A stretch of DNA of 30,000 bases, taken from contig NZ_FMBC01000014.1 in assembly GCF_900094795.1 (NCBI RefSeq), forward strand, positions 56,107 through 86,106. Reading direction: 5' to 3'. Source of the DNA: Kosakonia oryziphila. Lineage in GTDB: Bacteria; Pseudomonadota; Gammaproteobacteria; Enterobacterales; Enterobacteriaceae. Shown in pieces: positions 18,003 to 27,149 of this stretch (its first letter is position 1; every line of letters starts with the position of its first letter). The position numbers were made by a program, and so were the translations under genes. The notes below the pieces were generated by a model. It was given only the letters and a program-made list of their open reading frames with translations. It had not been told where the DNA came from and made no database searches.

Positions 18003-18761
18003 TCAGGCCTGATGTAATATCGTTAAGGCAATACGCAGATCGCTAACGGATATTTGTCCTGGTGCCGAGGCCTTTTTCACCGCGCCAAATGTTGCGGCCG
18101 AACCGAATACTTCACCTGCCAGCCGTGAAATGACCCCGGTTTTTGCCATCGACATGGTGATAAGCGGGCGGTCGGCATAGTGCTCGTGCATCTCAAGTGT
18201 TGCGGTAAGCAGGGTTAGCACATCGGTTTTGTTCTGCGGCATCAGCGCGATTTTGGGAATATCGGCACCCAGTTGCTGCATTTTGCGCAGGCGCCGCACA
18301 ATCTCCTCCGCCGGTGGCGTGTTATGGAAATCGTGGCTGGACATGATTACTTTCACGTTTTTCGTGTGTGCATGTTCCACCATGGCTTTGACCAGCGCCT
18401 CGCCGGTAAACAGCTCAAGATCGATCATGTCGACCAGACCACTATCCACTGCCGCGCGGTTGAGCGCCATATACTGCTCTGCCGATAGCGCCTGTTCGCC
18501 GCCTTCTTTGGCGCTGCGGAAGGTAAACAGCAGGGGTTTATCCGCCATCGCATTGCGGATGACAAATACCGCTTCCAGCACGGCATCAATGGAGGCGACA
18601 TCGCTGAAATGGTCAACACGCCACTCCAGGATATCGAAGTCCGCGTCACGATAGGCCTGCGCTTCCGATTTAACACTGGCGATATCTTTCCCCATCAGCG
18701 AGACGATGATTTTGGGAGCCCCTTCGCCAATCACGAGATTTTTTACGCTTACCGTTTTCAT
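18003..18761 (-). CDS. aroD: 3-dehydroquinate dehydratase, type I
   Basis: The 252-aa product is collinear with E. coli and Salmonella AroD ([46 protein letters not shown] with the catalytic Lys region). Confidence 0.97.
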   Translation of the reverse strand: MKTVSVKNLVIGEGAPKIIVSLMGKDIASVKSEAQAYRDADFDILEWRVDHFSDVASIDAVLEAVFVIRNAMADKPLLFTFRSAKEGGEQALSAEQYMALNRAAVDSGLVDMIDLELFTGEALVKAMVEHAHTKNVKVIMSSHDFHNTPPAEEIVRRLRKMQQLGADIPKIALMPQNKTDVLTLLTATLEMHEHYADRPLITMSMAKTGVISRLAGEVFGSAATFGAVKKASAPGQISVSDLRIALTILHQA

Positions 18762-18786
18762 TCAGTACCTCTTATTCAACGGTCTT

Positions 18787-19653
18787 TCAGGCTTCGAAGC
18801 CCATGACGTGTTTCACGTATTCCAGCGGAAACTCTTTACCGGTCCACAGTTTGAACTGTTCAGCCCCTTGCCACAGCAACATGCCGTAACCATCAATGGT
18901 TTTGCACCCGGCTTGCTGCGCCTGCTGCAACAGTTTGGTGATATGCGGGTTATACACGCATTCGGTGACCAGCAGATCCGGACGAAGTAGGCTGATATCG
19001 CTGATGAGGCTTTGATCCTCCAGCGGTTTCATGCCGATTTTGGTACCGTTGGTGAGGATGTCGGCGGTAGCAAGGGCATCAGCAAACGCTTTCTGATCCG
19101 CAAGGTCTGTCACTGTTACCACGCAATCGGTGTTTTCGTTGACGCGGCGGGCAAAGGCGACGGCTTTTTCGAAGAAATCATCCCGGCGGTTAAAAATCTT
19201 AATCTCTTTCAACCCTTCAATGGCACCTTGTGCGGCAATGGCAGTTGATGCCCCTCCGGCACCCAGCAGTACCATGGTTTTGCCTTTGATGTCGAAACCG
19301 CTCTCTTTGATGGCGCGGATATGTCCGGTACCGTCGGTGTTGTAGCCGCGCAAATAACCATCATCGTTGACAATGGTATTGATAGCGCCAACCAGTTTTG
19401 CCGCTGGGGTTAATTCATCCACATACTCGCACGCCAGTTGTTTATTCGGCATGGAGACACCGGTGCCGCGCATTTTTAAGGCTTTCAGCCCCGCAATAGC
19501 GTTGGCGAATGTCGAATTATCGACTTCAAATGCCATATAGGCAAAAGGCAGTCCTGCTTTCTCCAGCGCTTTATTTTGCATTTCCGGAGAGAGACTGTGT
19601 CGGATAGGGTAGGCCATCAGGCCAATCAGTTCATATTTTGCAGTTACATCCAT
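18787..19653 (-). CDS. ydiB: quinate/shikimate 5-dehydrogenase (NAD(P)-dependent)
   Basis: The product is 288 aa starting [23 protein letters not shown]..., collinear with E. coli YdiB. An alternative ATG one codon upstream (19656) forms an ATGA overlap with the ydiN stop. Confidence 0.95.
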   Translation of the reverse strand: MDVTAKYELIGLMAYPIRHSLSPEMQNKALEKAGLPFAYMAFEVDNSTFANAIAGLKALKMRGTGVSMPNKQLACEYVDELTPAAKLVGAINTIVNDDGYLRGYNTDGTGHIRAIKESGFDIKGKTMVLLGAGGASTAIAAQGAIEGLKEIKIFNRRDDFFEKAVAFARRVNENTDCVVTVTDLADQKAFADALATADILTNGTKIGMKPLEDQSLISDISLLRPDLLVTECVYNPHITKLLQQAQQAGCKTIDGYGMLLWQGAEQFKLWTGKEFPLEYVKHVMGFEA

Positions 19654-20927
19654 CATAGACTCCTTGAATATTTATCGTGACCGGAAGCTGTTTTTTGAAA
19701 ATACCGTTCGCCGAACCGCACATCGTTTTTAGGAATATTGAAGACGCGGTAATAACGGACGAAGACAATAGCGGCGGTGAGGAAGGCCAGTAATGCGAAG
19801 GAGAAATCCAGCAAGATGATGTACTGTAGGCCAATGTTAGAGAGATACCCGGTAATCAGCGGAATAATAAAATTCGCCAGTCCGCCCATCATCATGTAGA
19901 TGCTGGTGACTTTGGCTTTGCTCTTCGGGAAGAACTCTGACATCACCGACACACCCAGTTGCAGGATGCCGCCCGCAGCGGAAAAGCCGATAACAAACGC
20001 GCCGGCATTACACACCAGTGGCGACGGGAACAAATAGATAACGGCTGCTGTAATAGCCGCCAGCCCAGCGTTAAAGACATTTGCCCAGACAGGGCGTACT
20101 TTTGCCTTCAACAGTGCGGCAAAGATGAACACGCACAGCAGTGATCCCATACTGTAGTAAGAGATGGTTTTTAGGGCGTCGGCTTCCGCCATTCCGGCAA
20201 ACGCCATGGCATATTTCGGCATCCATACCACGATGACGTAAAAGGTGGAGAAGGCTGCAACGCCGAACAATACCGAGGCAACGCCTTCCAGCCACGGCAA
20301 CGGCTTGCTGTTCATTTGCGGCAGCGCTTTGGCGACGCTGGCATCAACCTGCTGGCCAGGGAAGCGGCTTTTCAACAGCATCAACGTGATCAGGACAAAC
20401 AGGACGCCGGGAATAATGACGCTATAGCCGTACCAGATATGATTAAGCAGCATGTAGCTGACGATCATTGGGTAGAGTATCTGCCCGAAAGAGATCATCG
20501 CTTTTACCAGAATCACTGCTGAGCCGGACGCTGTCGGAAAACACTCCATCAAAGCCGGGTAGCCTCCGGTATCGAGCGCCGAGTTGGCGACACCGACGCA
20601 GACAGCCAGAACAAAAGCCACCATCAGGTTCGGGCTGGAGGGGATGCCAAAGAAAAAGAGCATATACAATACGACGCCCAATAAAATAACAGTTCGGCGA
20701 CCGAACTTGTCGGAAATAACGCCAAAGAGCAAAATGCTGACCAGACGACCCAGACCGATACCCGAAATTAAATAGGCAATACCCGCGTTGTCGGTGGAAA
20801 ATTTCGTCGCCAGAGAGGTCATATTTTGCGCCAGCGTAATAACGCTAATTCCGTGCAGGAAATAACTAAGATAGATACAGATTACCGCCAGGATAAATGG
20901 GGTGCTGAAAGCCTTATTTTGAGACAT
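19653..20927 (-). CDS. ydiN: MFS transporter
   Basis: The 424-aa multi-TM protein is collinear with E. coli YdiN. Its stop overlaps the ydiB start region. Confidence 0.93.
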   Translation of the reverse strand: MSQNKAFSTPFILAVICIYLSYFLHGISVITLAQNMTSLATKFSTDNAGIAYLISGIGLGRLVSILLFGVISDKFGRRTVILLGVVLYMLFFFGIPSSPNLMVAFVLAVCVGVANSALDTGGYPALMECFPTASGSAVILVKAMISFGQILYPMIVSYMLLNHIWYGYSVIIPGVLFVLITLMLLKSRFPGQQVDASVAKALPQMNSKPLPWLEGVASVLFGVAAFSTFYVIVVWMPKYAMAFAGMAEADALKTISYYSMGSLLCVFIFAALLKAKVRPVWANVFNAGLAAITAAVIYLFPSPLVCNAGAFVIGFSAAGGILQLGVSVMSEFFPKSKAKVTSIYMMMGGLANFIIPLITGYLSNIGLQYIILLDFSFALLAFLTAAIVFVRYYRVFNIPKNDVRFGERYFQKTASGHDKYSRSL

Positions 20928-20995
20928 TTTTCACGGCTCCGTGCAGATTTAAAATTTTTTCTCCCGCAGCAGTTACTGTGATATCTGGCTGCGAG

Positions 20996-21150
20996 CTTAG
21001 AGCCTATCCCATTAGGCTATTTTATTTGCCATTTTGGTCTTGGGCAGTGCTCACAATCCTCACGTACTACATGTACGCTCCGGTTGTTGCGCGCTGTCCG
21101 TGCCCAAACTGGCTGCAACAATATACACCTACTGGGATAGGCTCTTAGTA
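20996..21150. repeat. ~155-bp imperfect palindromic intergenic element (MITE/ERIC-like architecture, family not recognised)
   Basis: The left arm is cttagagcctatcccattaggctatttta...ttgggca and the reverse complement of the right arm is ctaagagcctatcccagtaggtgtatatt...ttgggca. The centre lies on the palindrome gtacatgtac (21070-21079, midpoint ~21074/21075). It sits in the 406-bp ydiM-ydiN spacer. Confidence 0.6.
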
Positions 21151-21333
21151 ATTACTTTACGTTCTTTTAGCATTCGGTCATACATAGTATGGCGCTTAAT
21201 TTGCCAGGTTTATTGCATGATAAAATGTGAGGCGAAGTGGTTTTTATATCGTTTTGAACGCTATTAACGGTGTCGCTAAATAACGTTCGTGTTATTTTGC
21301 ATAAGTGCATCAACAATATTGCATAGGAGTAAA

Positions 21334-22536
21334 TTATTCGGCAATAGGTGCCATATTTACTGATCGCCTGGATGCCATACGGTTGCGTAAACCAATAAAA
21401 AGTGCCAGCAGAAAACCGATAGCCGCAATGGCAGTATCAAACCACATAATATCGGCAATACTGCGCTCAGAGAGGCGTGCCGTTATTAATGGGATGGTAA
21501 AAGTGGCAATGCTTCCCGCGCTGTAATAAATACCGGTCGCTTTTCCTTTGGCGTAGGGAAAACGGGAGGCCATCAATGTCAGGCCAATTTGTACGACGCC
21601 ACCTGCGGAGGAGAAACCAATAACAAACGAAAAAATCACCACCATCTCTACGCTGGGATGCAGACATACCGTCAGCAATGCAACAAACGAGATAAAGGTG
21701 TACAGCATCAATAACGTCATGGTTCTGGCAGTTTTTCGTACCAGTGGAGCGGTAATGAAAACGCAGAGCAGCGAACCGCAGGTGTAAACGCTGAGCAGTT
21801 TGATAGACTCGGTATACGACATGCCGACAACAAACTGGCCGTACTGCGCAAGCCATTGACTTATAATGTAAAATGTGGTCATCGAGGTATAGCCATACAA
21901 CGTGTAGCTGGCCAGATCAATAACGGAGCAGTGGTGTTTAACCTTACTGTCTGCAACCGGGGGCGATTTGTGCGCACGGTGAGGGGGAAAGGTGCAGTGG
22001 AGCAAAAACAGGCCGTTGAGGATCATAATGGCGGCGGCAACCAGAAAGGACCAGCCGAACCAGATTTCCGCCCACACCAGCAGGCTGATGATCATCGGTA
22101 ATAAAAACTGTCCCATAGAAATAAACGCTTTGATCAGTATATTCGCCGTGCCGGGGGAACGCGGAAACGCCTCCATCAGGCTGGGGTAGGTTCCGGCGTC
22201 GAGAAAACTGTTGGCGATCCCGGCTAAAAAGCCAAACGCATAAGCCACAACAATGTTGTGTGTGTTGATGATACCGAAAAAAAATGCGAGATAGCAAAGC
22301 ATGCCGAGAATAATAAATGGTCGACGGCCAAATTTGTCCGACAATATTCCGGAGAAAAGCAAAACGCTTAGTCGGCCAATACCAAGTGAGGAAATAACAA
22401 CAGAAACTCCCGCTGCATTGGTCTGCCACTGGAGTTCGAGTGAGGACATATTGAGGCTCATTAAAATGACCCCCATTCCGTGCACCAGGTAATTCAGATA
22501 AAGACCCAGTGCAGTCGAGAGATAGGTATTTTTCAT
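21334..22536 (-). CDS. ydiM: MFS transporter
   Basis: I chose the ATG at 22536 (MKNTYLSTALGLYLNYLVHGMG...) by collinearity with E. coli YdiM, although its RBS is weak. The track ORF begins at a TTG at 22587, only 6 nt after the ydiL stop, so the true start is uncertain. Confidence 0.88.
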   Translation of the reverse strand: MKNTYLSTALGLYLNYLVHGMGVILMSLNMSSLELQWQTNAAGVSVVISSLGIGRLSVLLFSGILSDKFGRRPFIILGMLCYLAFFFGIINTHNIVVAYAFGFLAGIANSFLDAGTYPSLMEAFPRSPGTANILIKAFISMGQFLLPMIISLLVWAEIWFGWSFLVAAAIMILNGLFLLHCTFPPHRAHKSPPVADSKVKHHCSVIDLASYTLYGYTSMTTFYIISQWLAQYGQFVVGMSYTESIKLLSVYTCGSLLCVFITAPLVRKTARTMTLLMLYTFISFVALLTVCLHPSVEMVVIFSFVIGFSSAGGVVQIGLTLMASRFPYAKGKATGIYYSAGSIATFTIPLITARLSERSIADIMWFDTAIAAIGFLLALFIGLRNRMASRRSVNMAPIAE

Positions 22537-22593
22537 TTTATTTACGGCGTGAAGGTGAAATGAATCGTCGGCGTTGTCAGCAGACAAACGGCT

Positions 22594-22950
22594 TTAACAC
22601 AGATGTTCCAGATCACGTGCATAGAGTTCGGCGGCCACTGACTGATAAACCTTCCAGTCCAGATAATTTCCATCATGATATACCGTCCGAAACGTAGCCA
22701 AATCCACGAAAAAACGCATCGTATTATTACCAATGCGATTGTTTATTCGTTGGATGAGAGCGTTAATATGCGATTGTCTTTTTTTTCTCAGCGCCTGTAA
22801 TTTTTCAACAATATTCTCCGGGATAGCGGTTTCTCCATTTTCCCACGCCTGCCATTCTGCTGTCGTATTATCCGGTGCTATCCAGGTTGCACACTCTTCA
22901 ATACTCATCGCGAGAATATGGCGTAATGCTTGTAATTCATATGCGTTCAT
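22594..22950 (-). CDS. ydiL: DUF1870/HTH-like small protein YdiL
   Basis: The 118-aa product (MNAYELQALRHILAMSIEECATWIA...NNRIGNNTMRFF...YQSVAAELYARDLEHLC) is collinear with E. coli YdiL. Confidence 0.9.
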   Translation of the reverse strand: MNAYELQALRHILAMSIEECATWIAPDNTTAEWQAWENGETAIPENIVEKLQALRKKRQSHINALIQRINNRIGNNTMRFFVDLATFRTVYHDGNYLDWKVYQSVAAELYARDLEHLC

Positions 22951-23287
22951 AATTTAATTGCTTCATATAAAAAATAAAAACGATTGAGCATAAATAACAC
23001 TATTGCGCAGATTGCGGATTGAACAGAGTCACACTATTTTGTGCAATATTATTTGTTATCGGTCTGTAAATCTCCGACCTGAATTCGGCTTACTTTACAT
23101 ATTTTTTTGCACCAAAATAGGGCGCTCTGGCATGTGATGGAGAATATATAAATAACGCTGATATATCTTTAAAATTCATATTCTGAGGATATGATGTGAA
23201 GGTAGTCACATTCGTCTTGAAAGAAGCTGTTCCTTCTCACACTTAGAGCCTAATGGATAGGTTCTTAACCGCGCGGAAAATGACATT

Positions 23288-23545
23288 ATGGAAGATAAAG
23301 CGAAACGAAGCCTGGGGGGAAAGCTGGCGTTATGGGTTTTCTGGATTTTTTGTGTCTGGTTTATCTGGAGCCTACTGAATGATATCTGGCTATCCTGGTC
23401 GCCCTCGGGCAACGCGATTGGGGCGAGGGGCGCAACCAGCGCGGATGGGTTCAATAGTTTCAGCAGCGTACTGGTGCTCGGTGTGGTAGGCGCGATACTC
23501 GGCGCGATTGCCTGGTACACTCGCCAGCGCGATCCGGATGCCTGA
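23288..23545 (+). CDS. small inner-membrane protein with two predicted TM helices (position suggests a YedR-like protein)
   Basis: The 85-aa product has hydrophobic spans LALWVFWIFCVWFIWSLL and FSSVLVLGVVGAILGAIAWY. It ends 39 nt before yedJ on the same strand. The RBS is weak, and I cannot confirm identity to YedR from memory. Confidence 0.5.
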   Translation: MEDKAKRSLGGKLALWVFWIFCVWFIWSLLNDIWLSWSPSGNAIGARGATSADGFNSFSSVLVLGVVGAILGAIAWYTRQRDPDA

Positions 23546-23584
23546 AGATGTTATGGTAATGGCTTTTCATCGACAGGACGCACA

Positions 23585-24283
23585 ATGAACTTATCTGACT
23601 GGCAGCACTGTTTCGATAAATGGATGACGCAACACTTTAATCATGCTGATGCAGCTCATGATCTGTCGCACTTTCGCCGGGTGTGGAAAACGGCGCAGAC
23701 GCTGATGCAGGGGCAGCAGGTTGATGGGCTGGTGGTGCTGGCCGCCTGCTATTTCCATGACATTGTCAGCTTTGCGAAAAACCACCCGCAACGCCATCAA
23801 TCCTCGGTACTGGCGGCGCAAAAAACCGCCGAAATTCTGGTCGACGACTTCCCCGATTTTCCCGCAGATGCAGTGCCTGCCGTGTGTCATGCGATTGAAG
23901 CGCACAGCTTTAGCGCAGGTATTGCACCACTCACTCTGGAAGCCAAAATCGTTCAGGACGCAGACAGGCTGGAATCGCTTGGCGCGATTGGTCTGGCTCG
24001 CGTGTTTGCCGTCTCCGGCTCGATGGGCGCGGCACTCTTTGACGGCAACGATCCCTTTGCCGCAGAGCGGGAACTGGACGACAAAGCTTACGCTCTCGAT
24101 CATTTCCGCTGTAAGTTACTGAAACTGCCTGCCACCATGCAGACGGCAAAAGGGCGGGAGCTGGCAGCGCATAACGCCGATTTTCTGGTGCATTACATGG
24201 CGAAACTGAGCGCGGAACTTCAGGGCGATCACCAACGGATTGATGATGAGGTGCTGCGGCGCTTTCGTACCTCAGCATCTTAA
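23585..24283 (+). CDS. yedJ: HD-domain phosphohydrolase
   Basis: The 232-aa product is collinear with E. coli YedJ ([71 protein letters not shown]). Confidence 0.92.
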   Translation: MNLSDWQHCFDKWMTQHFNHADAAHDLSHFRRVWKTAQTLMQGQQVDGLVVLAACYFHDIVSFAKNHPQRHQSSVLAAQKTAEILVDDFPDFPADAVPAVCHAIEAHSFSAGIAPLTLEAKIVQDADRLESLGAIGLARVFAVSGSMGAALFDGNDPFAAERELDDKAYALDHFRCKLLKLPATMQTAKGRELAAHNADFLVHYMAKLSAELQGDHQRIDDEVLRRFRTSAS

Positions 24284-24295
24284 GTGAGAAAACAG

Positions 24296-24787
24296 ATGGC
24301 GGATGTTCATGATAAAGCGACGCGCAGTAAGAATATGCGGGCGATCGCTACGCGCGATACGGCCATCGAAAAGCGGCTGGCCGCCTGCCTGCAATCGCTG
24401 GAGCTGGCGTTTCGCGTACAGGATGCCGCGTTACCAGGCCGCCCGGACTTTGTGCTGGATGCCTATCGCTGCGTGATCTTCACCCACGGCTGCTACTGGC
24501 ATCACCACGACTGTTATCTGTTCAAAATTCCGGCCACGCGTACGGATTTCTGGCTGGAAAAAATCGGCAAAAATGTGGCGCGTGATGCGCGTGACTGTTC
24601 ATTGCTGCTTGAACAGGGCTGGCGGGTGCTGGTGGTGTGGGAGTGTGCATTGCGTGGCAAGCTGAAATTAAGCGATCAGGCGCTAAGTGAGCGGCTGGAA
24701 GAGTGGATCTGCGAGGGGCAACAAACCGCGCAGATCGACACTCAGGGGATTCATGCAATGACGATTACTCTTCCGCGCAAGGCGTAA
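24296..24787 (+). CDS. vsr: very-short-patch repair endonuclease
   Basis: From the ATG at 24296 the product reads MADVHDKATRSKNMRAIATRDTAIEKRLA...PGRPDFVLDAYRCVIFTHGCYWHHHDCYLFK...LEKIGKNVARD...GWRVLVVWECAL, collinear with E. coli Vsr. The track's GTG at 24284 adds 4 codons. The 3' end overlaps convergent yedA by 23 nt. Confidence 0.93.
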   Translation: MADVHDKATRSKNMRAIATRDTAIEKRLAACLQSLELAFRVQDAALPGRPDFVLDAYRCVIFTHGCYWHHHDCYLFKIPATRTDFWLEKIGKNVARDARDCSLLLEQGWRVLVVWECALRGKLKLSDQALSERLEEWICEGQQTAQIDTQGIHAMTITLPRKA

Positions 24788-25673
24788 CAACCGGGCGTTG
24801 CGGGAAGAGATATTTGCCCAACGTCACCAGTACCACAGCCAGAATAATGATCCCCAACGCCAGCCATTCAACGGAAGAGAGATGTTCACCGGCAAAGCCC
24901 GTACCCAGCAGTACCGCTACGACCGGGTTCACATAGGCGTAGCTGGTTGCTAATGCCGGTGACACGTTGCGGATCAGAAACATATAGGCATTAATGGCGA
25001 TGATAGAGCCAAACAGCGCCAGATAGCCGACGGCGAAAAAACCGGACAGTGGCGGTACGGCGCTAAGATGTTCGCCGCTCAGGGCAGAGGCGGCCAGCAA
25101 TACGATCCCGGCGGCCAGCATCTCAATCGCACCCGCCATCATCCCACCCGGTAGTTCAATCCGCGAACCGTACACCGACCCAAATGCCCAGCTTAGCGAA
25201 CCGATAAGGATCATGACCGCGCCCCACGGATTACCGCTCAGGTTTCCACCGCTATTCAGCAAAATGATCCCCGCCAGGCCAATAGCAATTCCAGCCCATT
25301 CAAGCTTTCTCGTGGCGATACCGAAAAAATGACTAAAACACAGTGTAAACAACGGTACGGTCGCCACCACGACCGCAGCGATGCCGGAGGGTACATTCTG
25401 ATGTTCCGCCACCGTGACAAAACCGTTACCGACAGCGAGCAGCAATACGCCAATCAGCGCCGCATTGCACATTGGGCGCAGCGGCGGCAGTTTATGGCCG
25501 CTCAGCAACAGGATGGTTATCAGCACGATGCCAGCGGATAAAAAGCGGATGCCAGCCATCATGAAAGGTGGCCAGCTTTCGACGCCGACGCGGATAACAA
25601 AATAGGTAGAACCCCAAATGATGTAGAGCGCAAACAGCGCGCCAATAAGCGGTAAAACTTGCCTGAAACGCAT
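24765..25673 (-). CDS. yedA: EamA/DMT-family transporter
   Basis: The 302-aa, roughly 10-TM protein is collinear with E. coli YedA (MRFRQ.LPL.GALFALYIIWGSTYFVIR...ATSYAYVNPVVAVLLGTG). Confidence 0.93.
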   Translation of the reverse strand: MRFRQVLPLIGALFALYIIWGSTYFVIRVGVESWPPFMMAGIRFLSAGIVLITILLLSGHKLPPLRPMCNAALIGVLLLAVGNGFVTVAEHQNVPSGIAAVVVATVPLFTLCFSHFFGIATRKLEWAGIAIGLAGIILLNSGGNLSGNPWGAVMILIGSLSWAFGSVYGSRIELPGGMMAGAIEMLAAGIVLLAASALSGEHLSAVPPLSGFFAVGYLALFGSIIAINAYMFLIRNVSPALATSYAYVNPVVAVLLGTGFAGEHLSSVEWLALGIIILAVVLVTLGKYLFPQRPVVTPCAEE

Positions 25674-25850
25674 AACTCACCACGAAAAAAGATATGAGGC
25701 TTATAGTAAACGTCAAAACTATACGTCTTGCGAGTGGTTAATTTTGCAGAAGCTGTTAAATTTTTGTTGACACTATGAGGTGGTTTTCGCCATCGATGTT
25801 TTACTGCATACTGCACTTTATTGAGTGATAATACTGAAAAGGAAGAAATT

Positions 25851-26762
25851 TTGGCAGGAAGTAGTTTATTAACATTGCTTGACGATATTGCCACCTTACT
25901 GGATGATATTTCCGTGATGGGCAAGCTGGCTGCAAAGAAAACCGCTGGTGTGCTGGGAGACGATCTTTCGCTAAACGCGCAACAGGTAACTGGTGTTCGT
26001 GCTAACCGTGAACTGCCTGTCGTGTGGGGTGTGGCGCGCGGATCGCTGCTCAACAAGGTTATTCTTGTTCCTCTGGCTTTACTGATCAGCGCATTTATCC
26101 CGTGGGCCATTACACCGCTGTTGATGGTCGGCGGTGCGTTTTTGTGTTTCGAAGGTGTGGAAAAAGTGCTGCACACCCTGGCTGCGCGTAAGCATAAAGA
26201 GAACCCGGAAGCCCGGCAGCAACGGCTGGAGGCGCTGGCCACACAGGATCCTCAGCAGTTTGAAAAAGACAAAATCAAAGGCGCTGTTCGCACCGATTTT
26301 ATTTTGTCAGCCGAGATTGTCGCCATCACGCTCGGTATCGTAGCTGACGCGCCATTGCTCAACCAGGTACTGATTTTATCGGGTATTGCGCTGCTGGTGA
26401 CCATCGGCGTTTATGGCCTGGTGGGCATTATCGTCAAGCTTGATGACATGGGTTACTGGCTGGCAGAACGGAAAGGCGTATTAGCGCAGGGAATGGGCAA
26501 AGGGCTGCTTGTTCTGGCACCCTGGCTGATGAAAACGTTAAGTGTGGTCGGCACGCTGGCAATGTTCCTCGTTGGCGGCGGTATTGTGGTGCATGGTGTA
26601 ACGCCGCTGCACCATGCGATCGCGCATTTCGTGGCTGGCCAGCACGCGCTAATGCAGATGTTGATACCGGTTGTCGCTAATTTGTTTTTGGGGTTTGTCA
26701 TTGGCGCGCTGGTTGTAGCTGTTGTCAAAGGGGTTACGCTTTTGCGCGGTACGGCTAAGTAA
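25851..26762 (+). CDS. yedI: DUF808 inner-membrane protein
   Basis: A TTG at 25851 follows AGGAAG (25840-25845) and gives (M)[45 protein letters not shown]..., 303 aa, collinear with E. coli YedI. The track's start at 25821 is also a TTG and lacks an RBS. Confidence 0.9.
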   Translation: MAGSSLLTLLDDIATLLDDISVMGKLAAKKTAGVLGDDLSLNAQQVTGVRANRELPVVWGVARGSLLNKVILVPLALLISAFIPWAITPLLMVGGAFLCFEGVEKVLHTLAARKHKENPEARQQRLEALATQDPQQFEKDKIKGAVRTDFILSAEIVAITLGIVADAPLLNQVLILSGIALLVTIGVYGLVGIIVKLDDMGYWLAERKGVLAQGMGKGLLVLAPWLMKTLSVVGTLAMFLVGGGIVVHGVTPLHHAIAHFVAGQHALMQMLIPVVANLFLGFVIGALVVAVVKGVTLLRGTAK

Positions 26763-26841
26763 AATCTCGCCGCAGCGATTATGCAAAACCCACAAATTTC
26801 GTCTAAGTTGAAAAAGTTTCGCCCTGATACTGGAGGCAGTG

Positions 26842-27024
26842 ATGGTCTTTTTGGTCAGCGATGAAGTCATACCAAAAGAAGGTGGTCCACGCATGATTGT
26901 TACCGGCTATTCCAGCGGTATGGTGGAGTGCCGCTGGTATGATGGCTACGGGGTCAAACGGGAGGCCTTTCGTGAAGATGAACTGATGCCTGGCGACAGG
27001 CAAAGGGCGCACGAGCAGGTGTAA
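26842..27024 (+). CDS. yodC: small conserved protein YodC (DUF2158)
   Basis: The ATG at 26842 lies 5 nt after GGAGG. The 60-aa product is MVFLVSDEVIPKEGGPRMIVTGYSSGMVECRWYDGYGVKREAF..., collinear with E. coli YodC. Confidence 0.85.
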   Translation: MVFLVSDEVIPKEGGPRMIVTGYSSGMVECRWYDGYGVKREAFREDELMPGDRQRAHEQV

Positions 27025-27036
27025 CCCTGTGGAACC

Positions 27037-27062
27037 GCCCGGCTATTGCCGGGCATTTTTTA
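27037..27062 (+). terminator. Rho-independent terminator after yodC
   Basis: The sequence GCCCGGC-tatt-GCCGGGC is followed by ATTTTTTATT. Confidence 0.75.
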
Positions 27063-27149
27063 TTACTGTTCTTCATTCGACGCCAGTACTGAAGACCGAC
27101 TGCGGCAATATATACAAGAAGAGATCATTTCGGCCTATTAACGCCTGCT

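Noticed and set aside
21034-21267. 77-aa + strand ORF in the ydiM-ydiN spacer
   Set aside because: It uses a TTG start with no RBS, runs through the palindromic repeat element and has a Cys/Trp-rich nonsense composition.
23068-23079. Possible att-like direct repeat of the serU 3' end (AAATCTCCGACC versus AAATCCCCCTCTCTCCGCCA)
   Set aside because: Only a short gapped resemblance exists, which is not distinguishable from chance. It cannot support an island boundary.
22951-23287. RprA sRNA, which lies upstream of ydiL in E. coli K-12
   Set aside because: Neither strand contains anything resembling the RprA sequence or its GCCCATCTCCCACGATGGGC terminator. I conclude rprA is not at this junction. 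A weak hairpin plus T7 run at about 23063-23108 (+) is too poor to call as an sRNA.
23206-23520. 104-aa minus-strand ORF overlapping the YedR-like ORF
   Set aside because: The + strand frame has clear two-TM membrane-protein character and sits in an operon-like position before yedJ. The minus-strand frame is low-complexity and has no RBS.
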